From NCBI RefSeq assembly GCF_009914755.1, contig NC_060928.1: a stretch of 64,000 bases of DNA. The stretch is one strand, 5' to 3'. Shown piece by piece: positions 12,546-24,808 of this stretch; within the stretch, counting starts at the first letter, position 1; each line of letters starts with the position of its first letter. Origin of the DNA: the human T2T-CHM13v2.0 reference genome, Homo sapiens. The notes below the pieces were generated by a model. That model was given only the letters and a program-made list of their open reading frames with translations, was not told where the DNA came from and ran no database searches. The position numbers were made by a program, and so were the translations under genes.

Positions 12546-13548
12546 AGATATACAGGAAGCATAAGGATTTGTAAAATTGGGGAAAAAAAAGTGGCAATAA
12601 TATCAAAATTAGCTACTCTGGCCTTCAAATTTAAGATGAGTTAATAGGTTTGGGTTTATTATTAACCATATCCCTTGATTTTTTACTTCTCATCTCCCAT
12701 CCAATCACCTCCAATTTTATTAGAGATGAGAGAAGAGGCTGTTGGTTTGAATTGCATAGAATGGGAAAATTGGGTTATTTATTATACTCATTCTTTTTCA
12801 CGTCTTCCGAGGATCTTAAATTAGGTAGAATCACATTTAAATGCATTTTCTTGGGTTTATGGTTTTGCTGGAGTTGGCCCAAATTTGCTTTCTCTAAGGT
12901 CTCTATAATATTTGGAACCATATGTGTTTCTAGATTACTGGTTAATATCTGGTTTTATGTGCCTCAGGATGAAATAATCTTATTATACATTCCTTACATT
13001 TGTTCTTCAGATTTGAGTACAGTGAAAGAATTTGCTCTCCAAAGTACTAAAATGCTGTGTTATCCAGGATCTGGGAAGGTTTTTCCATGAATAATGATCT
13101 AGAATGGTCACTGATACCTTGGTTACTAGCTGCCAAATGCTTTACAACATCTTTCTGCCTACTCATACCAGCTCTGTCCTCACCCCTTTATCTGGCCTCT
13201 GTATCTTTCTAGCATGGGACTCTCTTTTGAGCCTAGCTTCTAAGGTATACCTTAAGCAAGTAGTACACAACTTTGCAGTGTTCTTACACAATTCTTCAGG
13301 ACATTTTGCCACAAAAAAAGGCACAGTTTATGAGCTATGAAGATAAATTGAGAAAAACCTTCTTGAGGGATGGTTAGGTGGAATACTTTATAGTAATTTT
13401 GCAAGTAATATTTTCTGTAAGCATCTAAAGGACTCATGGGGTCCTGAACTTTTTGTCTTTATTTGTTCCCCAACCTATGGCAGCCTTGTTCTCCTTAATG
13501 AAGATGTGTTAGAGGTTATAAGAGGTTAACCAGATAAACTGATTGTTG

Positions 13549-13944
13549 TGATAGATGCAGGAGGCAGATAAGGAGGGAGGGGTGGTCCTGGGAGAATCTC
13601 CAACCCATCCTACAAGTGTTTACATCAGATGCTTTTGTGCAGATAAGGGAACCTGCCCAGGGTTTTGTCTGCTCATGCCAGCAGCTGGGAGATTGGGTGG
13701 AGCTAACGGGAAGTTTGTGCCTTGTGAAGGGAGGAGGAGCCTGACCTCTTCAGCTCCTTTGTGATGAGCTGGTATTCAATCTGTGAAGTGGGAGCCTGTT
13801 GGGACCCCTCCTTTTTTCACTGAGAGCTTTCTTTTAATAAATTCTGCTCTCCTCACCTTTTAATATGTCCACGTGCCTAATCTTTCTTGGTCAAGTGACA
13901 AGAACTTGGTTTGATCTGAAATAAGGAGCAAATATCCCGCACCA
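13549..13944 (+). mobile_element. ERV1-class solo LTR (subfamily uncertain; MER61/LTR27-like)
   Basis: TG...CA termini, start TGATAGATGCAGGAGGCAG, AATAAA followed by a typical U5 (CTCACCTT..TGTCCACGTGCCTAATCTTTCTTGGTC..GACAAGAAC). Confidence 0.75.
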
Positions 13945-14479
13945 GTAAAAAGCGACTGTCACTAAATAGGGAAACTAGTGTATCCCTTTTGGTCCATAAA
14001 GTACTGCTATTTTAATGTTAGCCATCTGCTGCTACTGTTTTGGTATTTTGATAAATGCTAGGACTAAAAATTAGTGTCTTAGTATATATTTTATTACAAG
14101 GAAAGGGTTAATGAGTATGAAAAACAATGACTTATAAATTATACCATAACTAAGTGTTAGAGACTTCATAGAATGCCCTACAAGGAAAATACGTCTTCTA
14201 GAAGGTCTTCCTGAGTGAAGAATAATACACTAACAATGGAATAGCAGATCATGAGAAATCATTTTAGGGGGCTATTTGGAGATGGAATACTCTACCAATT
14301 TTGCTGAATTGGCAACTCCCTTCTCTATTTTTAAAACGATCCCCATCATTACTATATTATGATTAAAGATAAATATGGACAACTGTTGTCAAATTATAGT
14401 CATTAGCATATTGACATATTTTTGTTTCTCAGCATGACATTTACAATTCTATTGTGACTTATTGTGGTAAATATATTTT

Positions 14480-14660
14480 TTAAAAAAACATGAATCTGGC
14501 TTCTACTTAAGATATGTAAGTATGGATAAATCACTTAACCTGCCTAACATGAAGTTTCTTTCTAAGTAAATGGCATCTCATTGGATATCTGATAAGATTA
14601 ATTAATAAGACATACCTGAGATATTATAAATATTGTAGGTACATTATATTTATTATTGCC
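14480..14660 (+). mobile_element. MIR relic
   Basis: GAATCTGGCTTCTACT...GGATAAATCACTTAACCT...AGTTTCTT..GTAAATGG resembles the MIR core. Confidence 0.55.
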
Positions 14661-15028
14661 TTGCATATTTGAAAGTAAAGCCCATTTTTATACCTCCTAA
14701 AATGCATTCATATCTTTATAGTTTTTGTTTTCCTAAAAGAAAAGAAGAAATTCAAGTTCTTTCTTCAATGGTAAATATTTACAATTTTAACTCATCTTAT
14801 AAAAGTGGGTGATTTTCTTTAGGTCACAAAGTGTCAATAAAAATTAATAACATTTAAGTAACACTTCTTAATATTGTATTTTTGCCTGTGTTGATTCATT
14901 AGATCTCATATCTTGTATTTGAAATATAAACCTTTTTGTGTGCAATTTTTGTAGTTCTTCCTTAATTAAAACTAGTAAAGTCTACAAAACAGGAATAAGT
15001 AAGTGTTCTCATTTTAGAAATATGGCCC

Positions 15029-15468
15029 TGTTACATGAAGTTTTGGGGGGCTATTGTTTTGAATGAGGCTCCTAAACTAGGATCCAGCTGAAGAGACCAA
15101 ACTAGAATGGAGTAACTAATGCTAGGTGCCGTGAAATCAAACTGAATTCAGAAATTTGCCAGTTTTCCAAAAGCTGGAGACTCACAGCAACCAATCAGAA
15201 GGTGCCTCCAGTTTATCCAAACCAGCATGAAAGAATGTCCCTCTACTTTAACCTTATAAGGAAAGCAGCTTTGAAAAGATGAATCTGTTTCTTGTTTTCT
15301 ATTTCTGCTTTGTTCAGCCCTTTTTTATTTGTAAAGCCAAAATATTATGCTCAACTCATTGGAACACTCATTCTCTTTTATAAAACAAGATAGTGCTGGA
15401 TTCTAGAATTTCAAATAAAATCCAATTAGATCTTTAATCAAAATTTGTGGTAATTTTGTCTTTTGGCA
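15029..15468 (+). mobile_element. ERV1 solo LTR (MER67-like)
   Basis: TG...CA termini, AGACCAAACTAGAATGGAGT, end AATTTTGTCTTTTGGCA; near-TSD GCCC/ACCC. Confidence 0.75.
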
Positions 15469-16319
15469 ACCCCATATACACATAACTGTTCATGTTTTCT
15501 GTTAAAAAAATAAAAAGTCAATCACCTTATCAGAATTTTACCCAAAGAGTATTCTTTAGGTGGCAGTATTTTCTGTACAGGTGATCTAAAGCATTGTGTT
15601 TTCCTCTTCTCCGATTACCTGATGAATATAATTGAAAAGAAATGCAGCTTAGAAGAAAGCAAAAAAAATGGCAAAAATACATGTGTTACTTTTCATAGAA
15701 TGCAATGTTTTATAAGTGTACTCTTATCCGGCAATGCCATTAAATATACTTCAATATCCTGGCTAGTACCTCATAATAAGATAATCTGTTTTTATGATTA
15801 CAACAAAAAATATTGTATAACAGATGCCTTTCTCTGTTTCTAGAGGAACAAATCTTTATAAGAAAGATGCTATTTTGATAATTACTGTTTGGAATATAAA
15901 TAATTTAAATATCTATTCTGTCCCTATTTTATAGCACAATTGTCTACATACGAATACTTTGAACATGAATTTAAACTTAATACAAAATGCTCCCAGACAT
16001 AAGAAAATATGATATTGATGGTAAAAAAACCTCTTTTTTTTTTTTGGTATTTCACTCTCTTTGAATATTGACTAATTTAAGCACAAATGCAAAAAAATAC
16101 AGAAATATTTTTTAAAATTACAAAAAGTAAAATAAACAAGTAGGGAAAAAATAAGAGATGAGTAGAAGTTAAAGATAAAAGATGGGATTAATGCAGAGAA
16201 TTCATAGAAACTGGAGATTGCAGATCACACTAGGGTAGATAAGAGTTAAATAAAATGGTGAAATGAAGTGGTTACTAAGAGGTTGAAAAGGAAATATTCT
16301 TTAAGCATCTGTAGAGACA

Positions 16320-17065
16320 GTATGAGGTGAGCTGAATCTCTTGTTTTTGCTTGCTAAAAGATGGCAGAGAACATTTGATATTTTTCATGGACATTTTGGT
16401 CAATAGTATATCTTCACAGTATTACTTCAGGAAAATGCTAATTTTCCTGCTCTTTGCCATAATATGATCTGAAGAAATATTGATTTGTCTTGAAATTCCT
16501 TAAGACATCACAAAATTTACTACAGTAACATTGGGCAGACTGTATATGATAATCAGGAATGGGCACATATTTTAAATGAAAACTTGAAGGTAAGAGATTT
16601 TAAAATCCATACAAATTTATAGACCTGTCATCTCAGTAAATTTTCTGATGGTTCATTTCTCTGGAGCATATCAACATAGTCTGTTCATGGTGAAAAACAA
16701 GTTTCTATAGCTCACATGACCTGCCAGAAAAAACAAATTAGCATAGTGCCTGTAGTTGGCCTTTTTGGATTTTGGAGATACTACATCTGAGTGTGTTACT
16801 CTGACCAATCTACAGAGTCACCAATAAGGCTTAAAGTTTCAAATGGAGACAGATCAGAAGAAGGTCTGCAGCATGTTCAGGATGTAGTAAAAAACCACTC
16901 TTCAACTTGGCCCTTATGATCCAGCTGATCTAATGAGAACTGAAATGTCCGTGGAAAATACAGATGCTCTCTGCAGTCTCTGGCAAGGACAAATAGATTC
17001 ACAGCACTAACTTCTGTGATGTTGGAGAAAATCTATGCCTTCATTTTCATAAAACAATTCTTTAA
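16320..17065 (+). mobile_element. ERVL-class internal pol (RT/tether) relic
   Basis: Degenerate DNA matches to ERVL pol motifs PALCHN (CCTGCTCTTTGCCATAAT), VGLFGFWR (GTTGGCCTTTTTGGATTTTGGAGA), LGPYDPAD (CTTGGCCCTTATGATCCAGCTGAT), SLWQ. Confidence 0.8.
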
Positions 17066-17306
17066 GTAAATGATTTTAGTTTGAGTTTGTATCAAATTTC
17101 TCAAGCCATAAGGTTTTCCCTTTGCCCATGGACCAGCATATAGGTTGGGAAGCATACTCGATTCTTACTCTCAATTCTCCACCGGTTTTTACTTTCTACC
17201 AGGCTCTCACTGGCATTCCCTACACTTGACATAGTTTTCCACCTGGGAAAATATATGTGGAGAATTACCTAACCATACATCTGCCTCTAATTTCCAGGAT
17301 TTTCCT

Positions 17307-18242
17307 GTCACAAGAGTGGCTTAACTTTCCCTTCGGCTTGACTAAACTTCAGCTTCTTCCTGATTCCAGGCTTTTGACCTCTTTTTCTCATAGAGTATTT
17401 ATTTCAGAAAACTTTTCATTATAATTTTTTTTTGTTCCTTTGAGATGTAAATATTTTAAAAAGCCTCTTCCAGCTCTTAAAAACCAGGATTGTCTTCTCA
17501 AAGACTTGGGGAGCTATCCGTTAAAAATGTAAGCACCAAGGAAGATAATGCTCCTATATCCCAATTTCTGTGCAGGAATGGAAGCCTAATTTGGAGTAGG
17601 CACCTTGCTCCAAGTTGTAAATCTTCTTCATGTCGTAAAGTTATGAGAAGTTTAGTTTTTCTTTTTACAAATTTAATTAGCAAACACAGATGGCCTACAA
17701 TCTCCACATGCCAGCTCATAAAATCTCTCTAACACTTTGTTTCAGCAGAGTTGAGTTCAGATTGAGTTTTGGCCTCTCTGTTGGTTATGGGCTGAATTGT
17801 AGTCTCCTCAAATTTATATGATAAAACCCTGACCTCCCAGAACCAAAGAATATGACTGTATTTGGAGATAAGGTCTTCAAAAATAATTAGGTTAAAATAA
17901 GGCCATTTCTGTGAGTCCTAACAAAATCTCACTATTGTCCTTACAAAGAGAGGACATTTGGATAGAAAAAGAGACACATGGGGAGCAGGAAAAACTGAAA
18001 ACACAAGAAAGCAGCCACCTGCAAGCCAGGGAGAGATGCGTCAGAAAAAGTAAAACAAACCAACACCTTTATCTTGGATTTCTAGCCTCCAGACTGAGAA
18101 AATAAGTGCCTGTTCTTTAAGCCACCTCATCTGTGATATCTTGGCATGGCAGCCCTAGCAAATTAACACACTCCCTCATTATAATGGCCTTGAATAGGGT
18201 CTGCCCTGCCTGTTTAACTTTGATAAAATTTTTGCTTTGACA
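17307..18242 (+). mobile_element. Old ERV1 solo LTR (MER31/MER89/MER90-like) split by MLT1B
   Basis: TG start, GCTTGACTAAACTT, CTTTGAGATGTAAAT, GAGTTGAGTTCAG; 3' piece CCTTGAATA...CTTTGACA resumes after 18170. Confidence 0.65.
17779..18170 (+). mobile_element. MLT1B MaLR solo LTR
   Basis: TTATGGGCTGAATTGT...GACTGTATTTGGAGATAAGGTC...ATGGCAGCCCTAGCAAATTAACACA; near 5-bp TSD CTCTC/CTCCC. Confidence 0.85.
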
Positions 18243-18812
18243 CCTGCTGGATTTCTTGCTGGATCACCTCTTGCTTTAACTAGGATCACAACTTCAAGCT
18301 AACAAAAGGATGGTTTTTCTCCATTTTTTTTTTCTACTTAAGGCTTCATTTAATTTTCAGATTTGTGGTTTTACACCCATCCTCCCACTCCAAATTGAGA
18401 ACACCTTCTTTTGTAATCGGGAGCAAGAATAGTCATACCCCAGGCATTGTGGGACCCTCATGGTGAGTCTGACAATACCTGCTCTCTGCCCTTCCATCCT
18501 CTCTCCCCTGTTTTTCAAGCAACAGTGAAACATGGGTCCACTGTTGCCTGTGCTACCCAGTCATCTACCCAGGCACAATACGGCAGTGTTTGATTTGCAT
18601 GATGGGGACAAGAAAAGGGCAATCGAGCAAGATATAGGAAGCCAGGAGATGAGAATCCATCCCAAGAAGAAGAGAGATAGTGGAAGCATATTCTTCATTT
18701 TCTTATTGCAGTTACTTACAAAGCAGAAATGAAGATACAATCAAGAATTTTAAAACAGCAACCACAGAGCATCAAGTCCCAACAATTAGGGAATCTGAGT
18801 TTATAGCCCCGT

Positions 18813-19421
18813 TAATAAAGGAGTTAAAAAGGACTTATTTAGGCAGATAGTGAGGGTACAGGAGTCCTCGGTAAAGCTTTTCTTTTAATAAAAAGCATCC
18901 CCCAAACTACTTCTTTTCTAACAGAAAGCAGCCTGAAAAGCCAAGCTGCAAGTATAGATAAACAAGCTGGAAGCTTGCAGAGGGGAATGCCAGCAGCTAT
19001 ACTAAAAGCCAGGTACACCCAATATGGTGACTCCCCCGCCCTTCTCTTGGTTGCCACCTGTGCAGGTGTCATGGGGCCAGCCAGGTAAACAACCCCATTT
19101 ACCAAATAAAAGATTAAGGTGGGATGGCCAGTTTCTTCATGGACTATGTAAATGGCACACCTAGTCAAACCAATCCCTTGGGCTTTATGTAAATCAAACA
19201 CCTTCTCCTCAAGCTTCTTTATATTACCTGCTGCTTCCAGCCATGAGTGGAGATTCCATTCCAAGCCCTCCTCCCTCTGCATGGGGGAGCTGTTCTCTTC
19301 TTTCCCACCTATTAAACTTTTCGCTCCTTAACCCACTCCATGGGCGTGTGTCCATGTAGTTAATTTTCTCACCGCCAAATGATGAATCTCAGGTATTTCC
19401 CCACGCAACAAAGCCACTTCA
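18813..19421 (+). mobile_element. LTR9-family solo LTR (ERV1)
   Basis: AGGAGTTAA...TTAGGCAGATAGTGAGGGTACAGGAGTCCTCGGTAA; ends GCCACTTCA; 4-bp TSD CCGT/CTGT. Confidence 0.85.
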
Positions 19422-19574
19422 CTGTGTGATTACACCAGTCACAATGCTTTATCCTATTCTTCAATACTGACTTAGAGAGCATGGATTACTCTCTCTGATT
19501 TACGCTTAAGACAGTTGCTAAAACAAGAGTATCAGTTAATAATCTTACGTATTCCTAGAAAGATCTTGGCCCAG

Positions 19575-19733
19575 CAGATGTTATGGTGTGCACCTGTAGT
19601 CCTAGCTATTTGAGAGGTGGAAGGATGGCTTCAACCCAGGAGTTCTAGACTGCAGTGAACTATGATAGTGTCTGTGAATATCCACTGCACTCCAGGATGA
19701 GCAACATAGTGAGACATCATCTCTAAAAAAAAA
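19575..19733 (+). mobile_element. FAM (fossil Alu monomer)
   Basis: Single monomer retaining the 7SL-derived CTATGAT..CTGTGAATA.CCACTGCACTCCAG..GCAACATAG segment plus A tail. Confidence 0.8.
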
Positions 19734-19769
19734 TATTTTTTTTAAATGAAAGACCATGTCCCATATACA

Positions 19770-21260
19770 TGCAATAGAAGTAGTGGTAGTGGTTATATTT
19801 TAGTAAAGTTTGAAAAGACTATTGACAGGATTTTCTGGTAGATCAGATGGGGACCTGGGAGAAACAGAGAGTTCAAGAATATTTCTAAGGTCTTTGGTTA
19901 AAGTAGCTAGACAAAAAGAAGTTAGTAGTATTGAGAATTGGGATGGTTATGGAAAAAGCAAGTTTGGATAAAAAGTAGAAATCAAGAGATTTGTTTTGAA
20001 CATTTTAAGACTGAGGTGTGTAAGAACTCAAGAGATGTTTTTGGATGTATGGACAATGAGGAAAGATGTGAATTAGGGAGTTGGGTATATAAATTTGGAG
20101 TTCAGGAAAGATGGCTCAATTGAAAATATAAATATCTGTGACCTCAACATATAGATTGCATTTACATGTTTATAATTGATTGAGATCACCAAGAAAGTGC
20201 ATGTTCAGAGGGAAAAGAACTTATCCAAAGAACAAAACAAAACAAAACAAAACTCAGAGTATAAAATAAAGATTTCAGGGAGATGAAGAGATAAATAAAG
20301 AGCTGGAGCATAAAGCCACTAGGTCAAAGAAAAAGCAGAAAAGTACACACCCTAAAAAACAAACTAGAAAAGTTTTTTAAGCAAAAATGAGTGAGCAAAT
20401 CTTGCTGTTTGGTTGATTAAAATCAGGATTAGAAATAACTGCCAGATTAACAAAATGCAAACACTGGTAATTTTGACAGGACAATTTTGAGAGGAGGTTA
20501 AACTCTATTGGAATAGAATGAGATAAAAATGTTGACACTGATGCATATAAAGCATTTTTCTGTCCTGGGAAGGAACAAAATGGAAAGGCACCTATATGTG
20601 ACTACAAAAGCAATAATTCTTTTATCTCAAAATAAGAAAAATGATATGTGTTTATGTCATTGGGAATTTGAGGAGGAGAACACTGGGATGCAAGAGAAAG
20701 AGAAGAATTTCTGGAAGTGGAAGGAGAGGGTGCCTAGTTAGAGGGGATGATCTTTATTAGAAGCATGAAAATTGCTGTAGTAACAAAAGAGAAGATAGTG
20801 CATATAAGATACAGTAGATGAACACAGGTAAAGTTAGGTGGTAGAAATTTAGTTCTTTCTTTTAGTTCAGCACTGTTTAGGAGTGTTGAAGACAGGCACA
20901 AAAGCATGAATTTAAGCAGATTTAGTTTGCTAAGAAAATATGAAGAGGCAAGAGAGGAATAAAGGAGCTGAGGGCTTAGGTAAGGGCAAAATTGTAGGAA
21001 AGACCTATCGCATTTAAGTGAGTAAGAACAGAAAGAAGCGCCACTGCACTCCAACCTGGGCGACAGAGTGAGACTCCATCTCAAAAAAAAAAAAAAAAAA
21101 AAAAAAAAAAACAAAGAATAGAAGCCCTGAAAGATAGAGAAGAGTAGGATCAACAGACTGTAGGTCCTGATGAGACTGAGTTTGTGTAATCAAGATATCT
21201 GGGTGAGGAAATGAACCAAAAATCAACAACAAAAACAAAAATAGTTGGAGGTAACAAGTG
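19770..21260 (-). mobile_element. L2 relic
   Basis: Purine-rich antisense L2 motifs (GACAGGATTT, AAATCAAGAGATTTGTTTTGAACAT, TGGAGTTCAGGAAAGATGG, TGAGATCACCAAG). Confidence 0.7.
21034..21113 (+). mobile_element. Extremely 5'-truncated Alu with A29 tail
   Basis: GCGCCACTGCACTCCAACCTGGGCGACAGAGTGAGACTCCATCTC + A29; TSD AAGAACAGAA (21024-33) / AAGAATAGAA (21114-23). Confidence 0.9.
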
Positions 21261-21474
21261 AGATAATTGAAATTTCTAGTTTTGCTTCTTTGGACACTAA
21301 CGTCTACATTAAAATTTTGGATTTTTTTCAGAAATACTCTGATTTAATAAGTATATTCAAATATTTTATTACACAGTATAATCATTGAAAAGTACACACA
21401 TAGTTGTTATATAATAAACGCTTGAACTATTCTCCCAAAATGTTAAGCGTGTGTGTGTTTGTGTGTGTGTGTAT

Positions 21475-21680
21475 CAGATCAGATAATAACCATGTTAAGC
21501 TTTGTGGATCATATGGCTTCTGTTACCGATGCTGCTGTTCAGTGTTGCCAATGTAGCAGGAAAAAACAGCCATAAATAGTAAGTAAATAAATGACAATAG
21601 CTGTTTCAATAAAACCTTATTTATAAAAAAGCAAGAGATGGAAAAGTCTTGGCCCAAGGGTTTTTCACTTGTGACTGTCT
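21475..21680 (+). mobile_element. MER58A (hAT-Charlie MITE)
   Basis: CAGATA..GCTTTGTGG..CATATGG...AGCCATAAA...CAATAAAACCTTATTTAT...TTGGCCC. Confidence 0.75.
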
Positions 21681-22440
21681 TTACTTCTCAGGAAATTGTT
21701 AAAGTAAAATAAAATAATGTAAGTTGAATAGCTTAGCATGCTACATTTTTATGTTTGAAAACTGATCTTATCCCTCCCTTCCTTCCTTCCTTGTGTTTGT
21801 CCTTCCTACTCCTTTCTTTATTTTTTATATTCTACATTTCTTCTTATTCTTCCATGTCTGAAAATTTAATATATATGAAAGTGCATTTAGTTCAACGTAT
21901 CTGTTTTGCTACTCTTAGCATATTTTTAAAACTCATTATATCAGTCTTCACCTCTTCGCATCAAATAATGACACAGATTTATTTTGACAATATCATGTAT
22001 TATCAATTTTATTGCTTAATAAATAAAAGGCAAATTTGTAGTAATAATTGCATTTTTACTCTGGAAATATTATGAGGGTATTTTGATCCCATCCATCTCA
22101 AATGAGAGACATGTAAAGAATAAAAAGTAAAATGTTTTCAAAAGTGCATTTTCAAAGAAAAAATGTATTAAGCACTGAACAACATGCGGAATTTGAGGAA
22201 ATATACATAATATGATAGTAATTATTTTTATTTTGGAAAGTCTCTCTAAAATATAGGAGGTCCTATGGTATCTAAGGTAAAAGAAAATCATAGTTAAAAG
22301 GTCCATACAAAAATATATTCAGTTGTGAAAATGAAAAATGCAGCTCTATTTGTGCTAATATAGATGTATTTAGAAAAATCTTAAATGAAAAAAACAGTAC
22401 AGAGCAAGCATATAGAGTATTGCAATTTGTAAATATATAA

Positions 22441-22729
22441 GGCCAGGCATGGTGGCTCATGCCTGTAATCCCAGCACTTTGGGAGTCCAGGTCAGGAGGA
22501 TTATTTGGGGCCAAGAGTTCAACACTAGCCGGGACAACATATGAAGATTCAGTCTCTATGAAATATTTAAAAATTAGCTGTACATAGTGGCACGTACCTG
22601 TACTTCCAGCTACTTGGGAGGCTGAGGCAGGAGGATCTCTTGAGTCCAGAAGTTTGTGATTACAGTGAGTTGTGATTGTGCCACTGCACTCAGCCCAGGT
22701 GACAGTGTTACACTCTGTCCCTAAATAAA
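22441..22729 (+). mobile_element. AluJ, inserted in an old L1ME-type 3' end
   Basis: Diverged Alu with GGAGGATCTCTTGAG..CCAG; TSD TAAATATATA. Confidence 0.9.
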
Positions 22730-22955
22730 TATATATCTATATATATGTATATAAGTATATACGTTTATCTAAATATACACATATATACAATCTTTCATAT
22801 AGATATAACTGCAAATATAGATATATGTATAATTGTGTCAATGTACAGACTGTCCCTGCTGAGATCTACAATAAATTGGCCATGGCAGCCACTGCCTCTA
22901 GAAAGACAGGTCTTAAGTGTGTGTAGATAAAGGACAGCAGAAAATTTTTTTACTG

Positions 22956-23111
22956 TTTTTTTGTTCGTTTGTTTTTTTTTTTGAAATCTTAAAGCTGGGT
23001 GTCTGGGGGAGACATCACATGTCGGCAGGTTCCCTGATGCCACCCGAGCCGTAAAACCAGCAAGTTTTATTAGTGATTTTCAAAAGGGGAGGGAGTGTAC
23101 GAATAGGGTGT
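22956..23111 (-). mobile_element. Polyadenylated MER11 (HERV-K HML-8 LTR) fragment
   Basis: Minus strand ACACCCTATTCGTACACTCCCTCCCCTTTTGAAAATCACTAATAAAAACTTGCTGG...CCCAGCTTTAAGATTTC followed by a ~27-nt A-rich tail. Confidence 0.8.
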
Positions 23112-24808
23112 TAACTTCTTTGCATTTTTAACATCTTAGATGTTTTGCTATTGCCTTTTACAAAAGAAGGCATTTAAAGATATTTTAATATTTGCCTAAG
23201 TAGTTAATTAATTGAAGAGTTCATGTTATTGATTTTATGTTACCATTACAACCAACTCATTGAAAGGTAATTTACTCACACAAAAGTAGTAAAACATAAG
23301 TCATATGATGCTTTTACGAATTGATGCCCGCATAATTGGGTACAAATAAGAAGCAATCCCCGTATGAAGCTTGTTAATCGTGGCAGAGCTACATGATGAC
23401 GTAACAAGGTTACTGGTTGTTATATGTTTCTGATGTTCAACAAAGAACTACTTTTTAATGAACTATAAAAGGAACTATTTCATACAAATAAATTAGTAGT
23501 TAATTTTAGGCATAATACCAATATGGACATCACAACGGCTTTTTATGGGTGTCACTTTTGTTATTTATAGGCAATTCACTAAAAGAAAAAGAATAGAGAG
23601 AAATAAGTTTGACCACTCATTATTAGAATTTAATTTTCTTTGAAAAGAATATGTTTCTGTACTACATATTAACAGTCATTTTAGAAATTTTATAGATGGT
23701 AGTATATATTATAACAGAGCTGAGGGGTTTGAGGAAATTTTTAAATTATATTTTATTAAACTTAGTTTATAAAATGAATGAAATACATATTTGATATATA
23801 TAGAGAAGGTAAAATCAATGAGAATTGCTAAAAGAGCTCGCTATCTCATAGAAGTTTTTTCATTAGCTTTACTCATAATTTATATGTAATATAAATAAAA
23901 TGCATAAAATAGTAATTTTAGCCCAAGACTTACTAAAATAATTCATATGTCACAAATATCTTGGAATATGCTAGCTGTATTTTCTTCCATGACACTGTTT
24001 TCTATCTTTTGAGATATTTAAGTGATATTTATTGTCACATTGGTTATTTTATTGCATTATAAATTTAATATAAATATATTCTGCAAAATTTAGAAAATAT
24101 TCAGTTGGTTCTTAAAAAGTCAATTTAAAAAAAACAAACCATGTTTTGGTTAAAATTAATGAAATATATATTTCTATTCAGTGCATTTATATGAACGTTC
24201 ACGTGCAGTCATAAAAAACTGTTGCAACTTTCTGCAGTCTAGGACATCATCATGTTGACATTCATAAAATATACATTTATTCCTCTAAATTTATTGAATT
24301 CATGCCTAGAGAATGGTCTAAAAACTGGACAATGTCATTCTCAATACCTTGGAATTTTTAAATTTTTCATAGTTTTACATTAAAGTACTAGACATATAAT
24401 GAGGTACTAAATTGAAAAAATACATTTTGAATCTAAAGATAATATTTATTCATCTTTTATTTTGGAGAAATTAATCAGTGTATTAAACTTTAACTTACTG
24501 ACCTCATAACCAGACTAAAATTCTAAGTCAATTTTTATCATAAATAGGACATTTTCAGAAAAAAACTACTTAAATTCTGCCTTGATATTATTACTATATT
24601 TCAAAAATTTACTTTAGATATCAGTTTGCCTTTATTCAAGAACTCTCAGTTTAGGACATATATGAAATCAAATTATGACTGTTTTACTATTTTTATTACC
24701 ATATGTGTCCCATTCTGTTTGCTATTCTCAGAAAAATAACACAAGGGTATTATCCCTACTTCTCACCAGTGAGTTCCCCACACATTTCAAAATAATATGG
24801 ACATTGCA

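Noticed and set aside
12650-13090. 146-aa ORF in unique-looking DNA
   Set aside because: Starts at TTG rather than ATG, has AT-driven hydrophobic composition, and shows no domain or splice support.
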